Notes: a model not told the origin generated them from the letters alone. 64,000 nt of DNA from Candidatus Marinacidobacterales bacterium (GCA_965237955.1 OZ250169.1:5024001-5088000); one strand, 5' to 3'. Shown: positions 42,219 to 52,439, numbered from the stretch's first letter. Numbers and translations: made by a program.

Positions 42219-42932
42219 CTAACGCGGCATGACGAGCACCCGTAACGTCACGCTCGCGCGCACCTCGACCGATCCGGGCTCGACAGGTGTCGTGGGAGCC
42301 GCGGCCTCGGCTTGCATCATCGCGGCGCGAGGAGCGTAGGGGCGTAAGATCGTCGGTGTCCCTTCGGCGACCGAGAGCACGCGGACGATCTTGAGCTCGA
42401 GCGCTGCCGCGAGCGCCTCGGCCTTCGCGCGGGCTTGGCGTGCCGCGTCGGCTAGCGCCTCGAGCCGCGGTGTCTCGGGATCGGCGACGGTGAAGTTCAA
42501 TCGCTCGACGTTGTTCGCACCGGCCCCAATCGCGGCATCGATGAGCTCGCCGGTCGCGTCGATGGCAACGCCGCTCGCGCGCACGACGTTCGTCGCCGTG
42601 TAGCTCGCAATCGTGGCCTCGCCGCCGCCGCGAGGTCGGGTGTAGTTGGGGCGGAGACTGTAGTTGGTGGTCTCGATCTTGCCCCTGCCAGAGACGCCGC
42701 CGACGATGTTTCTCAGCGCCTCGAGGACCGCGTCGAGCTTGGTGGCATTGGCCTCGGACGCCGCCTGTGCGGTCGGAGCCTGGGTCACGACGCCGAGATC
42801 GATCTCGGCTTGATCGGGCTCGACGCTGAGCGTCGCCTCGCCGGTAACCCGGATTTCCGGTGTCGCATCCTCTTGCGCGGTCGTCACGGTTGCGTACGCT
42901 AAAACAGCGAGCAGGAAATGTGGAGAGCGCAT
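42219..42932 (-). CDS. SIMPL domain (DUF541) periplasmic protein
   Basis: IRVTGEA...VEPDQAEIDLGV, AIGAGAN, ARAKAEALA. Confidence 0.92.
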   Translation of the reverse strand: MRSPHFLLAVLAYATVTTAQEDATPEIRVTGEATLSVEPDQAEIDLGVVTQAPTAQAASEANATKLDAVLEALRNIVGGVSGRGKIETTNYSLRPNYTRPRGGGEATIASYTATNVVRASGVAIDATGELIDAAIGAGANNVERLNFTVADPETPRLEALADAARQARAKAEALAAALELKIVRVLSVAEGTPTILRPYAPRAAMMQAEAAAPTTPVEPGSVEVRASVTLRVLVMPR

Positions 42933-42936
42933 CGGT

Positions 42937-43662
42937 TCAAACTCCCTTCGTCAGCCACGATTCGGCTCTAGCGTATCCCTCCCGGTCCCCCACGTCGAGG
43001 CGGCTTCCTTGCATCTCGTGGGTGAATACTGGAACGCGGGGCGCGAGCCAGGCGATGAAGCTCCCCAGCGCGTCGGCGCGGTGTTTTTCCTCGACGAACG
43101 TCCTGAGCTCGGCGAGCGTGTCCGCTTCGAGAATGTAGAGTGCTGGACACGCCCATGCAGTCACGGGTTTTTTGGGTTTTTCCTCGAGCCGCACCAGTCG
43201 GCCGTCATCGTCGATCTCGGCCACACCCGTGCGTTTGAGCTTGTCCGCGTCGGGCTCGCGGTATCTGACAATGAGATTTCGAGGCTTCGCGTCATAGTCG
43301 GCCACGAAAGCCGCCAAGGAATCTCTGAACAAATTGTCTCCGGCGGCCACGAGGATCGGTTCATCCACTCCGCGATGCCCGATCGCCCATGCGAGGTCGC
43401 CGACGGCACCGAGACGGGTCTCGTCCGTCGTCGTGCCATCGTTGAGGACGGTGACTCGTCCATCGCCCCACTCCACGAATTGAGTGTGGAATCGCTCGTT
43501 GCAAACGACGAGAATCTCCTCGAAGTTTTCCGTTGCCTCGAGCTGATCCACGAGGTGGCCCACGATCGGCTTTCCGGCGACAGAGAGAAGCGGCTTGGCG
43601 CGATCTTTCGTCAACGGGTACATGCGCGTACCAAAGCCCGCGCAAAGAAGAATGGCCTTCAC
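42937..43662 (-). CDS. Sugar-1-phosphate nucleotidyltransferase
   Basis: ILLCAGFGTRMYPLT..RAKPLL, GDNLF, LEEKP. Confidence 0.9.
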   Translation of the reverse strand: MKAILLCAGFGTRMYPLTKDRAKPLLSVAGKPIVGHLVDQLEATENFEEILVVCNERFHTQFVEWGDGRVTVLNDGTTTDETRLGAVGDLAWAIGHRGVDEPILVAAGDNLFRDSLAAFVADYDAKPRNLIVRYREPDADKLKRTGVAEIDDDGRLVRLEEKPKKPVTAWACPALYILEADTLAELRTFVEEKHRADALGSFIAWLAPRVPVFTHEMQGSRLDVGDREGYARAESWLTKGV

Positions 43663-44828
43663 AGCATGCGCACTCCGTCGTCGCTCTCTACGGCGAACAC
43701 GTTCACGGGGAGCTTGAGCTTGAGCTTGTCAGTGACCGCCTCGACGTCGGTGACCAGCGCGACGACGCATCCTCCGAAACCCGCTCCACTGAACCGCGAG
43801 CCGTAGACGCCTTGGGTTTGCTCGAGTGTCCGCTGCAGCTCGATGAGCTCCGGCGAGCCCGCTTCCCAGTTCTCGATCGAGCTTTGGCACGATGCGTTCA
43901 TCAGCTCGCCGAAGCCTTTGAGGTCGCCGTGCTTCCAGAGCTCGATGCCACGGCGCACTCTGGCTCGCTCGGTGAAAAAATGCCGCGCGCGGAGTAGCTC
44001 GGCGCGCGGCAGCCGGTCGCCGAACTCTTCGAAGACCGTGTCGTCGAGATCGTGGAGCCCGGCGACGTCATCGCGCCCGGCGAACGCGGTGAGCTTGTTG
44101 CACGCGGCAAAGCATTCTTCGACGCGGCGGTTGTAGTCCGTGGCGGCGAGATTGCGGGTGACGCCGGTGGCGGCAACCAGGATCTGAAACTGAGGCGCGC
44201 TGTCACCGAGCGGTATCGGTTCCCATCGTCCCTCTCGTGAATCGATCAAAAGGAGGTGCCCGCGGCGGGCGCCGACGATGGCCGCGGGGTCGAGAATGCC
44301 GACTTTGATCCCGACGAACTCCCGCTCGGCTCGAAGAGCGAGCTCGACCTTGTCGGAAGGGGAAAGCGTGACGTCGTTGACGTCAGCGAGTGCGGTCAAA
44401 TAGGCGAGCAGCACCGATGCCGACGAGCTCAATCCGCCGCTGGGTAGCGTGCCCTGCACTCGACCCCGGAGCCCTACGGCGGGGCGGGGCAGGCGATCTC
44501 GGAGAACGAGCGCCGCGGCGGCGACGTAGCGACCCCAATCGTCGTGGTCGTCGACGCTCTCGAGCGTTTCCAAATCGATGGTGACGTCACCGGGAAAGTT
44601 GTCGCTGGCGAGACGTATGGTCGGCGAAGCTTCCGCCGTGAACGTCAAGACGGTATGGGCGCTCACCGCCATCCCCAGCGTCGGGCCGCCCTGGTGATCG
44701 CTGTGCGCCCCGATAGGACAGATGCGGTAAGGGGAGATCACGACGCGCATCTTGTCGTGACGCTCGTCGCCTCCCTCTCGTTGTATGATCGCGCTCAAGT
44801 CTTCCTGCAGAGGTGACCATGATTTCAC
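43659..44828 (-). CDS. GHMP sugar kinase resembling plant galacturonokinase (GalAK)
   Basis: PYRICPIGAHSDHQGG, GLSSSAS, GILD, SSIENWE, GVYGSRFSGAGFGGC. Confidence 0.82.
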   Translation of the reverse strand: MKSWSPLQEDLSAIIQREGGDERHDKMRVVISPYRICPIGAHSDHQGGPTLGMAVSAHTVLTFTAEASPTIRLASDNFPGDVTIDLETLESVDDHDDWGRYVAAAALVLRDRLPRPAVGLRGRVQGTLPSGGLSSSASVLLAYLTALADVNDVTLSPSDKVELALRAEREFVGIKVGILDPAAIVGARRGHLLLIDSREGRWEPIPLGDSAPQFQILVAATGVTRNLAATDYNRRVEECFAACNKLTAFAGRDDVAGLHDLDDTVFEEFGDRLPRAELLRARHFFTERARVRRGIELWKHGDLKGFGELMNASCQSSIENWEAGSPELIELQRTLEQTQGVYGSRFSGAGFGGCVVALVTDVEAVTDKLKLKLPVNVFAVESDDGVRML

Positions 44829-45212
44829 GAAGAGACTTTCTTGTCACGAGCGGCATCGCCGTTTTGGGACGTCAGCCGAAACCGGCGAAGACTCGTGTAG
44901 CCCTCGTCGGCACCGGCATCCGCGGGGTCAAGCCCGCGACGATCAGCTTTGGTCAGAATCTGCGCGCGGACGATCTTCGCCGCGCCGCCGAGGCCGTGGA
45001 AGAATCGGACCTTGCCATCTCGTGTGGGCTCGACGCTTTCGGTTTACCCGGCGGCGTCGTTTCCGTTGGCGGTCGCTGAAAGGGGAGTGCCGTACGTGGT
45101 GATCAACCGTGGCGAGACCGATCACGACCGCCATGCGAGCGTAACCCTGCGGCTGGAGGGGGACGTCGTGCAGCTTTTTCCGCCCGCGGTTCAGTCAGCG
45201 CTGTCGCCTTGA
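44819..45212 (+). pseudogene. Deletion fusion of a Tat-exported Gfo/Idh/MocA N-terminus and a Sir2 deacylase C-terminus
   Basis: SRRDFL...RVALVGTGIRG joined to VKPATISFGQ...STLSVYPAA...INRGET. Confidence 0.72.
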
Positions 45213-45223
45213 CTCCTGTCTTA

Positions 45224-45658
45224 CTAACCCCCGATGCCGTCGGCAGTGTAGTACGAGTCCAGGGACAGCAATTCCTGCGACAGGTCGTCCACCATGCAGC
45301 GGAGCAAGTGGCGCGTGGACAGCATGCCCCGGACGTGCGCGAGCTCGTCGACGATGGGGAGGTGCCGGATGTGGTTCTTCACCATGCGCGCAAGTGCCTT
45401 CTCGCACGCGGTGTCGGCATGCGCCACGGTGAGCGGAGACGTCACGACATCGGCCAGTGGCGTGACGTCCAAACGTCGGCCTTTGGCGACGACGCGGCGA
45501 AGGAGGTCGCTAGCGGTGAAGATCCCAATCGCTTTGCCGGCGTCGACCATGACGACGGCGCCGGCGCCGGAATCGGACATCAACTCAACGGCATCGAGAA
45601 CGCTCGCGCGCGGCCCGATGGTGACCGGAGGTGTTCGCGCAATCCTGAGTAAGTCCAT
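45224..45658 (-). CDS. CBS domain protein
   Basis: GIFTASDL, IRHLPIVD; GAGGAGG RBS. Confidence 0.9.
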   Translation of the reverse strand: MDLLRIARTPPVTIGPRASVLDAVELMSDSGAGAVVMVDAGKAIGIFTASDLLRRVVAKGRRLDVTPLADVVTSPLTVAHADTACEKALARMVKNHIRHLPIVDELAHVRGMLSTRHLLRCMVDDLSQELLSLDSYYTADGIGG

Positions 45659-45829
45659 ACATGCCTCCTCGGACTATCCCCGGTAGCGGGCTATTCGCGT
45701 CGCGTCGTCTCGTGTTAGTCGATTCGCTTAGATGTAGTGCTCCTCTCCGCAAAACGGGGGAGAATACAGTCTTTTATACCGCAGAATCGGCGGCTGGGTA
45801 AAGCGCCTCCTGGTCTAGCTGCCGTCCGT

Positions 45830-47428
45830 TCACGGGCCCATCCGCTCGAGCTTGGCTTGTTCGACCATGCGGGCGACATCGTCGAGAAGCTCCTTGGCAT
45901 CGTAGATGATGCCGTCCTTGATCGTGTACTTCACGCCGCCGACACGCTCCACCTCGCCGGTGTCGTCGTTCAGTTTCACTGCGCCCGTGCCATAAAGAAC
46001 TTTGAAATTCACGAGCGGGTTCTCTTCGACGACGACGAGATCGGCGAGCAGTCCGGGCCGGATGATGCCGAACTCGATCGGGACGCCCTTCGGCTCGTGG
46101 AGCGTCTCGGCACCGTTCAACGTGGCCGATCGGATGACCTCGAGCGGATGGAAACCAGCCTCTTGCAGAAGCTCGAACTCTTCGATGTAAGCGAAACCGT
46201 AGAGCTTGTAGATGAAACCGGAATCCGATCCGGTCGTCACCCGGCCGTCGGCGTTTTTGAAGTCGTTCAGGAACTGCATCCACACTTGGTAGAAGTTCCG
46301 CCACGCGATTTCGTCGTGCGACGTCCAGTAGTACCAGTACGCTCCGTGGTTTTTGCGGCTCGGCTGATAGAAATCCCACTGCGACGGGAGCGTGTACCGC
46401 TCGTGCCAGTCGGCATTGCGCGCCGCCATCACGTCACGTCCGGCCGCGTAGATCGTCATCGTCGGATCGATGGTCAGGCCGAGCTCGACGAGCTCGTCGA
46501 CGAGCTCGTTCCACTTCTCGCTTCCACGCGGGTGGATCTGATCCCACAGCCGGGCGACCTGACCGAAGCGGTGCTGTTCGTCGCCCTGGTTCTGGTCGAC
46601 GGGCCAATCCTGGACGTAGTGGTCTTTGAGGAGTGCTTCGAACAAACCGTAAAAGTGCGTCTGCGTGCCGAGGCCGAGCCGTGCAGCGTCGAGCACGTTC
46701 ATGCGTCCCACGCCGTTTTGCCCGAGATGCGCCATCGTGCCGAGATTATGCAGCTTGGCCTCGTCGATAAGCGCCTCCATAATGTGCGGGTCGTAGGCGC
46801 CCAGCTTGAGACCGTCGATTCCTTTGTCCGCGCCCCAGCGCACCCACTCGCGGGCTTTTTCCGCGGTGGTGATCGGCCCGCCGTCCCATCCGTCGCCGGT
46901 TCCGGGGCGCCCGTAGGCGAAGATGCGCGGCGCGACGATCTCGTTGTTCGCGCTCCGTTTCTTCTCGCTGAGCACGAGGTCGCGCGCACCCGCGCCGGCG
47001 TCGCGGGTGGTCGTCACGCCGTGCGCCATCCATAGCTTGTAGACGTAGTCGGCCTGCGGTGCTTTGGGAACCCCGCCGGTGTGGGTGTGCAGGTCGACGA
47101 AGCCCGGCATGACGTACATGCCGGTCGCATCGAGCTCTTTGGTCGCGCCATCCGGGCGTCCCGACTCGTCGATCTCGACGTGCGGGGTTCCGACGCTCTT
47201 GATCTCGACGATGCGGTTTTGTTCGATGACGATATCGATGGGGCCGGCGGGCGGGGCGCCGGTACCGTCGATGACGGTCGCCCCGCGGATGATCAGACGC
47301 TCGAACGGCCCGTCACCCTGGTTTCCGCGGTCAGGGGCCGGATCCACCTGCGGCTGGTCCTGGGCGGTGGCCACTCCGGCCACGAGGACGAGGACCAAAA
47401 TCGCAATAAATCCAAAACGTCTGCTCAT
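45830..47428 (-). CDS. Secreted amidohydrolase family protein
   Basis: VMPGFVDLHTH, GVTTTRD, GSDSG, GLLADLVVVEENPL. Confidence 0.9.
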   Translation of the reverse strand: MSRRFGFIAILVLVLVAGVATAQDQPQVDPAPDRGNQGDGPFERLIIRGATVIDGTGAPPAGPIDIVIEQNRIVEIKSVGTPHVEIDESGRPDGATKELDATGMYVMPGFVDLHTHTGGVPKAPQADYVYKLWMAHGVTTTRDAGAGARDLVLSEKKRSANNEIVAPRIFAYGRPGTGDGWDGGPITTAEKAREWVRWGADKGIDGLKLGAYDPHIMEALIDEAKLHNLGTMAHLGQNGVGRMNVLDAARLGLGTQTHFYGLFEALLKDHYVQDWPVDQNQGDEQHRFGQVARLWDQIHPRGSEKWNELVDELVELGLTIDPTMTIYAAGRDVMAARNADWHERYTLPSQWDFYQPSRKNHGAYWYYWTSHDEIAWRNFYQVWMQFLNDFKNADGRVTTGSDSGFIYKLYGFAYIEEFELLQEAGFHPLEVIRSATLNGAETLHEPKGVPIEFGIIRPGLLADLVVVEENPLVNFKVLYGTGAVKLNDDTGEVERVGGVKYTIKDGIIYDAKELLDDVARMVEQAKLERMGP

Positions 47429-47599
47429 GTACATCAAAGGGTTCCTCCCGAAAATCTCCAAGATCCAGCAAGTTTCGATTGTCGTTTATACAAGAGCCCA
47501 GCCACCGCGGCAACCGTTCTTCGTATTTTCGGCAACCTGGTAAATTTGCGGGGTTTACAGCTCGGCCCCGGAGATATATAAATAGCCTCTCCTGCCATT

Positions 47600-48821
47600 T
47601 CAGTGGATCCTCTCGAGGGTGAGACCGCCACAGTTTAGGTAGACGAGACTGATGAGAGCTTCGGCAGAGTGGAGTCCAAAGCTGCCGGTGGCTCAGCAGC
47701 CGGATTTTGTTGTTCATTCCTTCGAGTCGGCCGTTGCTGAGTCTCCACGTGACCCACGCGATGACGCCATCGAAGTGGCTGCGGATCATCTTCGCCGCGC
47801 GTTTGACGGGCTCTATCCTCGAGCTCATAGCGCGCCGCAGCCATCCTCGGAGAAACTTCTTGGCCCATGTCTCGGTTTTGTAGGTGTAGAGGTCCATGAA
47901 GTCGTCGCGCAGAAGCATGGCGCGGTAGAGGCGACGATTAGCTCGCACCTGCTCGCGGAGCACCCGTTTGTCTTTCGCGCTGCGGTTGTGTTTGGCCTTG
48001 AGAAGGGGAAACTTGGTGTTCTTGAGGTTGCGCCGGGCAGTCCCTTTGAGCTCGCGCACCAGCTCGCGCCGGGTCTTATCCACGGCCTCGTTCAGATGCT
48101 TGACGATGTGGAAGCGGTCAAAGATCACCCGTGCCTGAGGAGCCTTTTTGCCGACGGCAGTTATGTACGGCTCCCACATGTCCATGCTGACCGCTTCGAG
48201 CTCCGCGGCTCTTTGTGGTCCGAGCTTGCGGAAAAACCGCAGCAGCGTCTTGGCCTTGCGCTCCTTTCCCGCCCAGACGACCCGGCCGCTGAGATGGTCT
48301 ATTACCACTGTTAAGTACTTGTGGCGTTTGCGGTAGCTGATCTCGTCCATCCCAATCACCCGCAATCCATCGAGCTCGCGCCGCTCATCCCGCTGCTCGG
48401 CAACCACTCGCTGGATGATCCGTCGCACCGAACGCCACGTCACTCGGAAATAGTTCGCTACGGCGCTGACGTCCGTCCTCTGTGCCAGCCACGCTACCTC
48501 TTGTTCGAAGCTTTTGGTAAAGCGGCTTCCCTTGTCTGCCCAAGGCACCTTTTCTCTGACCACTCCACACCGCCGACATACTACTCGTCGGATCGAGTAG
48601 CGAAGATAGGTCCGGACTCCGAACAGGTCCAAGTGCCGCCAGTAGCGATTGTAGCGATCTTTGTTCTTGCGGACCTTTCGTCCGCAAATCCCGCACAGAG
48701 GCTTCCTCCTCCGTGGTACTACATCCACCACCACTCTGGCTTTGTCCGCCTGGAAGTGGAAACCTCGGACCCACAGGCCTTGCAATCCGATGAGCTTGTT
48801 GACTAACGTAGTAACGCGCAT
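47600..48821 (-). pseudogene. ISL3 transposase with a frameshift near the C-terminus (about 47685)
   Basis: CGICG and CRRCG Zn finger, GMDE, SMDMW, DRFH, SNGRLEGMNNKI. Confidence 0.88.
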
Positions 48822-48946
48822 CGCGGGAACGCTCTTTTCTCTTTCGGAAAAAAAGATTCTAGCGTTCTCGCCGATGCGCATCTACACATGGCTTACCCTC
48901 TCAACCCACGGGCCTCACCAAATGCCACTGCCCCTCAGCGGGAGAC

Positions 48947-49259
48947 GAGGCTGTGGGAAACGCCCCCACGGTTCTGGTCGTTCAGACCTTGCTCACGACT
49001 GAGTTCTCTTCGAAGCCTGGAAGGGCGTTTTCCATAGCCTCCACTAATCGAGCCCCCCCTTCCTTATTCCATATGAATTAATCTTTCTTGTATATATATC
49101 AGGAGGGGCCTGTGGGCGCTCGTGGGAAACGCGAAGCGTTTTCCAAGCGATTGTGGAAAACGCCGCTCCACGTTTGTACGTGCTCACAACCTTTCCCTAA
49201 ACGCCTCTCTCGCCCGGAGTTTCCGGCGTTTTCCACAATCGCGGCAGCGTCCATAGGCC
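48947..49259 (+). ncRNA. Candidate structured RNA in the ISL3 leader
   Basis: Four stems of 10-19 bp; all five non-Watson-Crick positions are G-U on the + strand. Confidence 0.5.
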
Positions 49260-49640
49260 ATGCCCTCCAACACAAATCAGATCCCCCGAAACGACAGGAG
49301 AACCTATAAATATTGAGTTGATGGCTTGCCGGGTGTGCCGAATGGGTGGCCCGAGCGGGCTCGCCTGCTGCCGCGTGTAGCGATAGGCCTGGATTATCGG
49401 CGCAGTCTTACCTTTGGAGCTTCCTGCGCCAACCGGTGCCTTGGACGAGTCGGCTTTCGTCGCCCAGGAATCGATGCCTAGCCTTCCAGACATTCCCGGC
49501 AAGCCTCACGCCTCCTGCTGCTTCGAGTCTTCCTTAATGAGGCTCAATAGGCTCTTCAGGGTGAAGTGGCACCACCACGTTGCGGCTCGAAGTCGCGGCT
49601 ACGTTAGTTCGTCGCCGGCGGATGGGGTATATTCGCGGCA

Positions 49641-50828
49641 ATGTTCTTGCCCATCGGAGACGAGCCGAACCCGCCGGGTACGCCGTTTTTCACCTACGCG
49701 CTGATCGCGATGAACGTCGTGGTCTTCGTGCTCGTGAGTATGCCCCAGATGACGCGGCCCGCGGACCCGCAGGACCCAGCATACCAGGACTACCTCGACG
49801 TGGTGAGACCGAGTCTTCCGCCTGGGGCGAGCTCGGATCAGGTGCCACAGCAGATGTCGGCCTACGATCTCTTCGTCTTCCACTACGGGTACCGACCGAG
49901 CGAGCCGTCGCTGGTGACGCTGTTTACGTCCATGTTTCTGCACGGCGGGCTGTTGCACCTCTTAGGGAACATGCTCTTTTTGTGGATCTACGGCGACAAC
50001 GTCGAACACCGCCTCGGCGGTATCCTGTTTGTCGTCTGGTACCTCGTGACCGGCGCCGCGGCAACGCTCTTCCACGCGGCTTTCGCGAGCGGATCGCCGG
50101 TGCCGTTGGTGGGTGCCTCCGGGGCGATCTCCGGCGTGCTCGGGTTCTATTTCATGTGGTTTCCGCACAATCGGGTCCGCGTGCTCATTTTTCTATTCTT
50201 CTTCATTCGAGTATTCGTTTTCCCGGCGCGTGTGGTCTTGGGCTTTTATATCGTCTTCAGCAATATTCTGCCGTTCTTGGTGACGCAGAGTCAGGGCGGC
50301 GGCGTCGCTCACGGTGCGCACATCGGAGGCTTTCTGGCGGGTTTGGCGGTTGCGTTCGTGATGGATCGGCGCGAGATGTTTTCGCCACCGAAGGAGTACC
50401 GCTCCGAGCCACGCTCGGCTCGCCCGCGAACGACCGTAGAAGCGATCACCCACGCGGTCGAGGACGGCAAGCTCGACAAAGCGGCTCATCTGTACTTTCA
50501 GATTCCGGCGGCACGGTCGAGACGCCTCATCGCACCCGAAGTGTCCTTCGCTCTCGGCAGCTGGCTCGCGCAAAACGGGCAGTCACGAGCCGCGCTCACC
50601 GTTTTCCAACGGCAACTGCGAGACTATCCGAGTGGGCCGAAGGCCGCGGAAGGGCACACGAACGCTGGTCTCCTGCAGTTCCATGTCTTCAACTCGCCGA
50701 CCGCAGGTTACCAACACCTGGTGGAAGCGCTCGACTACGACCCATCGCCCGCGCTCGAAGAAACGATCCGCAAAGCGCTTGCCGAGATCGCGGCGCGACA
50801 GAAATTCCCCGTCGGCCGTCGACGATGA
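49641..50828 (+). CDS. Rhomboid intramembrane serine protease with C-terminal TPR
   Basis: SMFLHGGLLHLLGNM, VGASGAI, AHIGGF. Confidence 0.93.
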   Translation: MFLPIGDEPNPPGTPFFTYALIAMNVVVFVLVSMPQMTRPADPQDPAYQDYLDVVRPSLPPGASSDQVPQQMSAYDLFVFHYGYRPSEPSLVTLFTSMFLHGGLLHLLGNMLFLWIYGDNVEHRLGGILFVVWYLVTGAAATLFHAAFASGSPVPLVGASGAISGVLGFYFMWFPHNRVRVLIFLFFFIRVFVFPARVVLGFYIVFSNILPFLVTQSQGGGVAHGAHIGGFLAGLAVAFVMDRREMFSPPKEYRSEPRSARPRTTVEAITHAVEDGKLDKAAHLYFQIPAARSRRLIAPEVSFALGSWLAQNGQSRAALTVFQRQLRDYPSGPKAAEGHTNAGLLQFHVFNSPTAGYQHLVEALDYDPSPALEETIRKALAEIAARQKFPVGRRR

Positions 50829-50849
50829 ATGAAATCCCCTGCTACGTCT

Positions 50850-51010
50850 ATCGTGGTGGGACGAGGCGCGAGCGTGGATCAAGTAGCGGGTCGAGCGAAG
50901 AAAGCCGACATCCGCCATGGTCACATTCCGGGCCACTTGGGTCATCCACGGGCCGTCCGGATAGGGTGTGATGCCGGCAATATGAACTCGTCGCGAAGCC
51001 AGGAGCATGA
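50850..51010 (-). pseudogene. Integrase-core (rve) transposase remnant
   Basis: SRRVHIAGITPYPDGPWMTQVARN...RYLIH. Confidence 0.65.
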
Positions 51011-51163
51011 AGAATAAAACGTTCGAGTATTTTGGCCACAGGGGTAACGTCGTACCCGAAACCAGCGTCGGTGCGGCAACCGAGACGGACCGGCCCGAAG
51101 GACGCGCGAGGCGAATTGGCGCGCAACGTCAGCGTAGATTCGCCGACGTCGGGTTCGCCCCCG

Positions 51164-51673
51164 TCACTCGAGCTCGAGGGGCTCGCTTTGGGATGCGGGC
51201 TCGGGGGCGATGTCGGGATTGGCGTCGATCATGCGGGCGCACGTGTTCCAGCGCAACACCGCGTCGTCGTTGCCCTCGGGGCTGAGTTTCTGCGCTTTCT
51301 CGTAGTGATCCATCGCCTCAGCGAGTCCCTCATAGGCGAGGTGCCCGCAGCCCGGAGTCCCTTTTTGATACTGGCACTTCGCTCGGCGTTCCGAAATGAG
51401 ACCGGCGTAATACTCCTTCTCGTAATCGCTCTTCAGAGACTTGGCGAGCTCGCGCGATTCACGGACTCGGTTCCCGAGCCCGCGCGCGAATTGATCGGTG
51501 AGCGCGAGGAGGAGAGTCGCGACGGCCTGCTGATTCTCCGGGTCCACTTCGAGCACGTCGCGACAAATGCTCTCCGCTTCCAAAGGCTCGTTCAAGGCAC
51601 GATACCAGACCGCCTTCTCGAGCGCCGAGGAGACGGCGTTTTCCGAGATCGACTTGAGCTCGAACTTCTTCAA
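51164..51673 (-). CDS. Conserved hypothetical TPR-like protein coupled to frdD
   Basis: ALEKAVWYRALNEPLEAESICRDVL; TTGA overlap with the frdD stop. Confidence 0.75.
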   Translation of the reverse strand: MKKFELKSISENAVSSALEKAVWYRALNEPLEAESICRDVLEVDPENQQAVATLLLALTDQFARGLGNRVRESRELAKSLKSDYEKEYYAGLISERRAKCQYQKGTPGCGHLAYEGLAEAMDHYEKAQKLSPEGNDDAVLRWNTCARMIDANPDIAPEPASQSEPLELE

Positions 51674-52020
51674 GAGAAATTCCAGAGAAAATACCCTGCC
51701 GCGACGGTTCCCGTGAGAGCGCTGCCGTAACAGGCAAGGACGATGGGAACGTGCAAGTGCTTCAACTTCAAACCGTCGTACAGGGTGTAGCGGAAGCGAT
51801 GCGCCCCGTGGAACAAGGGGAGCGAGATCAGGACGAAGAGATACAGCCGGGCGAGAGGATGGCTCACCAAGCTCACCAGCGAATCGTAACCCGGAGCGTC
51901 GATCCATCCCAACGGGATCAGGAGTCCAGTCACGAGCACGTGAAGAGGGAAAAGGAGCGCGGCGACCGTGCCTCCGGCACTGAAGAGAAACCAAAGAAGC
52001 GGTGTCATTCTCTTCAGCAC
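51670..52020 (-). CDS. frdD: Fumarate reductase subunit D
   Basis: WFLFSAGG, LPLFHGAHR, CYG. Confidence 0.9.
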   Translation of the reverse strand: MLKRMTPLLWFLFSAGGTVAALLFPLHVLVTGLLIPLGWIDAPGYDSLVSLVSHPLARLYLFVLISLPLFHGAHRFRYTLYDGLKLKHLHVPIVLACYGSALTGTVAAGYFLWNFS

Positions 52021-52022
52021 GT

Positions 52023-52439
52023 TTACCGTCCGAGCCAGAGCCACGCGACGACGGCGGATACGACGAGCCAGCCTATGTAGTTCGACACGATGATCAACAG
52101 ATCGGGAACGCGTTTTCCCGAGAGACGAACTTCCATCGCCTTGGGGGCCAGATGGAACCACGTCTGCGCATGAAACAAGACGGCGACGAAGGTAAGGCCG
52201 TTGAGCGCGATGGCGGCAGGAGTCGACATCCACGCCTCGAACCGCGCGTAAGCGACCGGCCCATTCGCGAGAGAGCAGACTTGCCACAAGGTCAAGAGAG
52301 AAAAAATCGCGACGGGTACGCTCGTCAGCTCGCGCAGTACGAACTTCGTGTAGCGCCAGCTCGAAAGCCACCACCAGACGGACACGGGATGCCGATACCA
52401 TTTCGGGTGATACCGCGTGTAGCGCGCCTCGGTCGTCAT
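52023..52439 (-). CDS. frdC: Fumarate reductase subunit C
   Basis: WWW...[19 protein letters not shown]. Confidence 0.9.
   Translation of the reverse strand: MTTEARYTRYHPKWYRHPVSVWWWLSSWRYTKFVLRELTSVPVAIFSLLTLWQVCSLANGPVAYARFEAWMSTPAAIALNGLTFVAVLFHAQTWFHLAPKAMEVRLSGKRVPDLLIIVSNYIGWLVVSAVVAWLWLGR

Larger units (their letters stand above)
47585..49304 (-). mobile_element. ISL3-family insertion sequence
   Basis: 24-bp imperfect IR (18/24), 8-bp TSD TATAAATA at 47577-47584 and 49305-49312. Confidence 0.92.
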
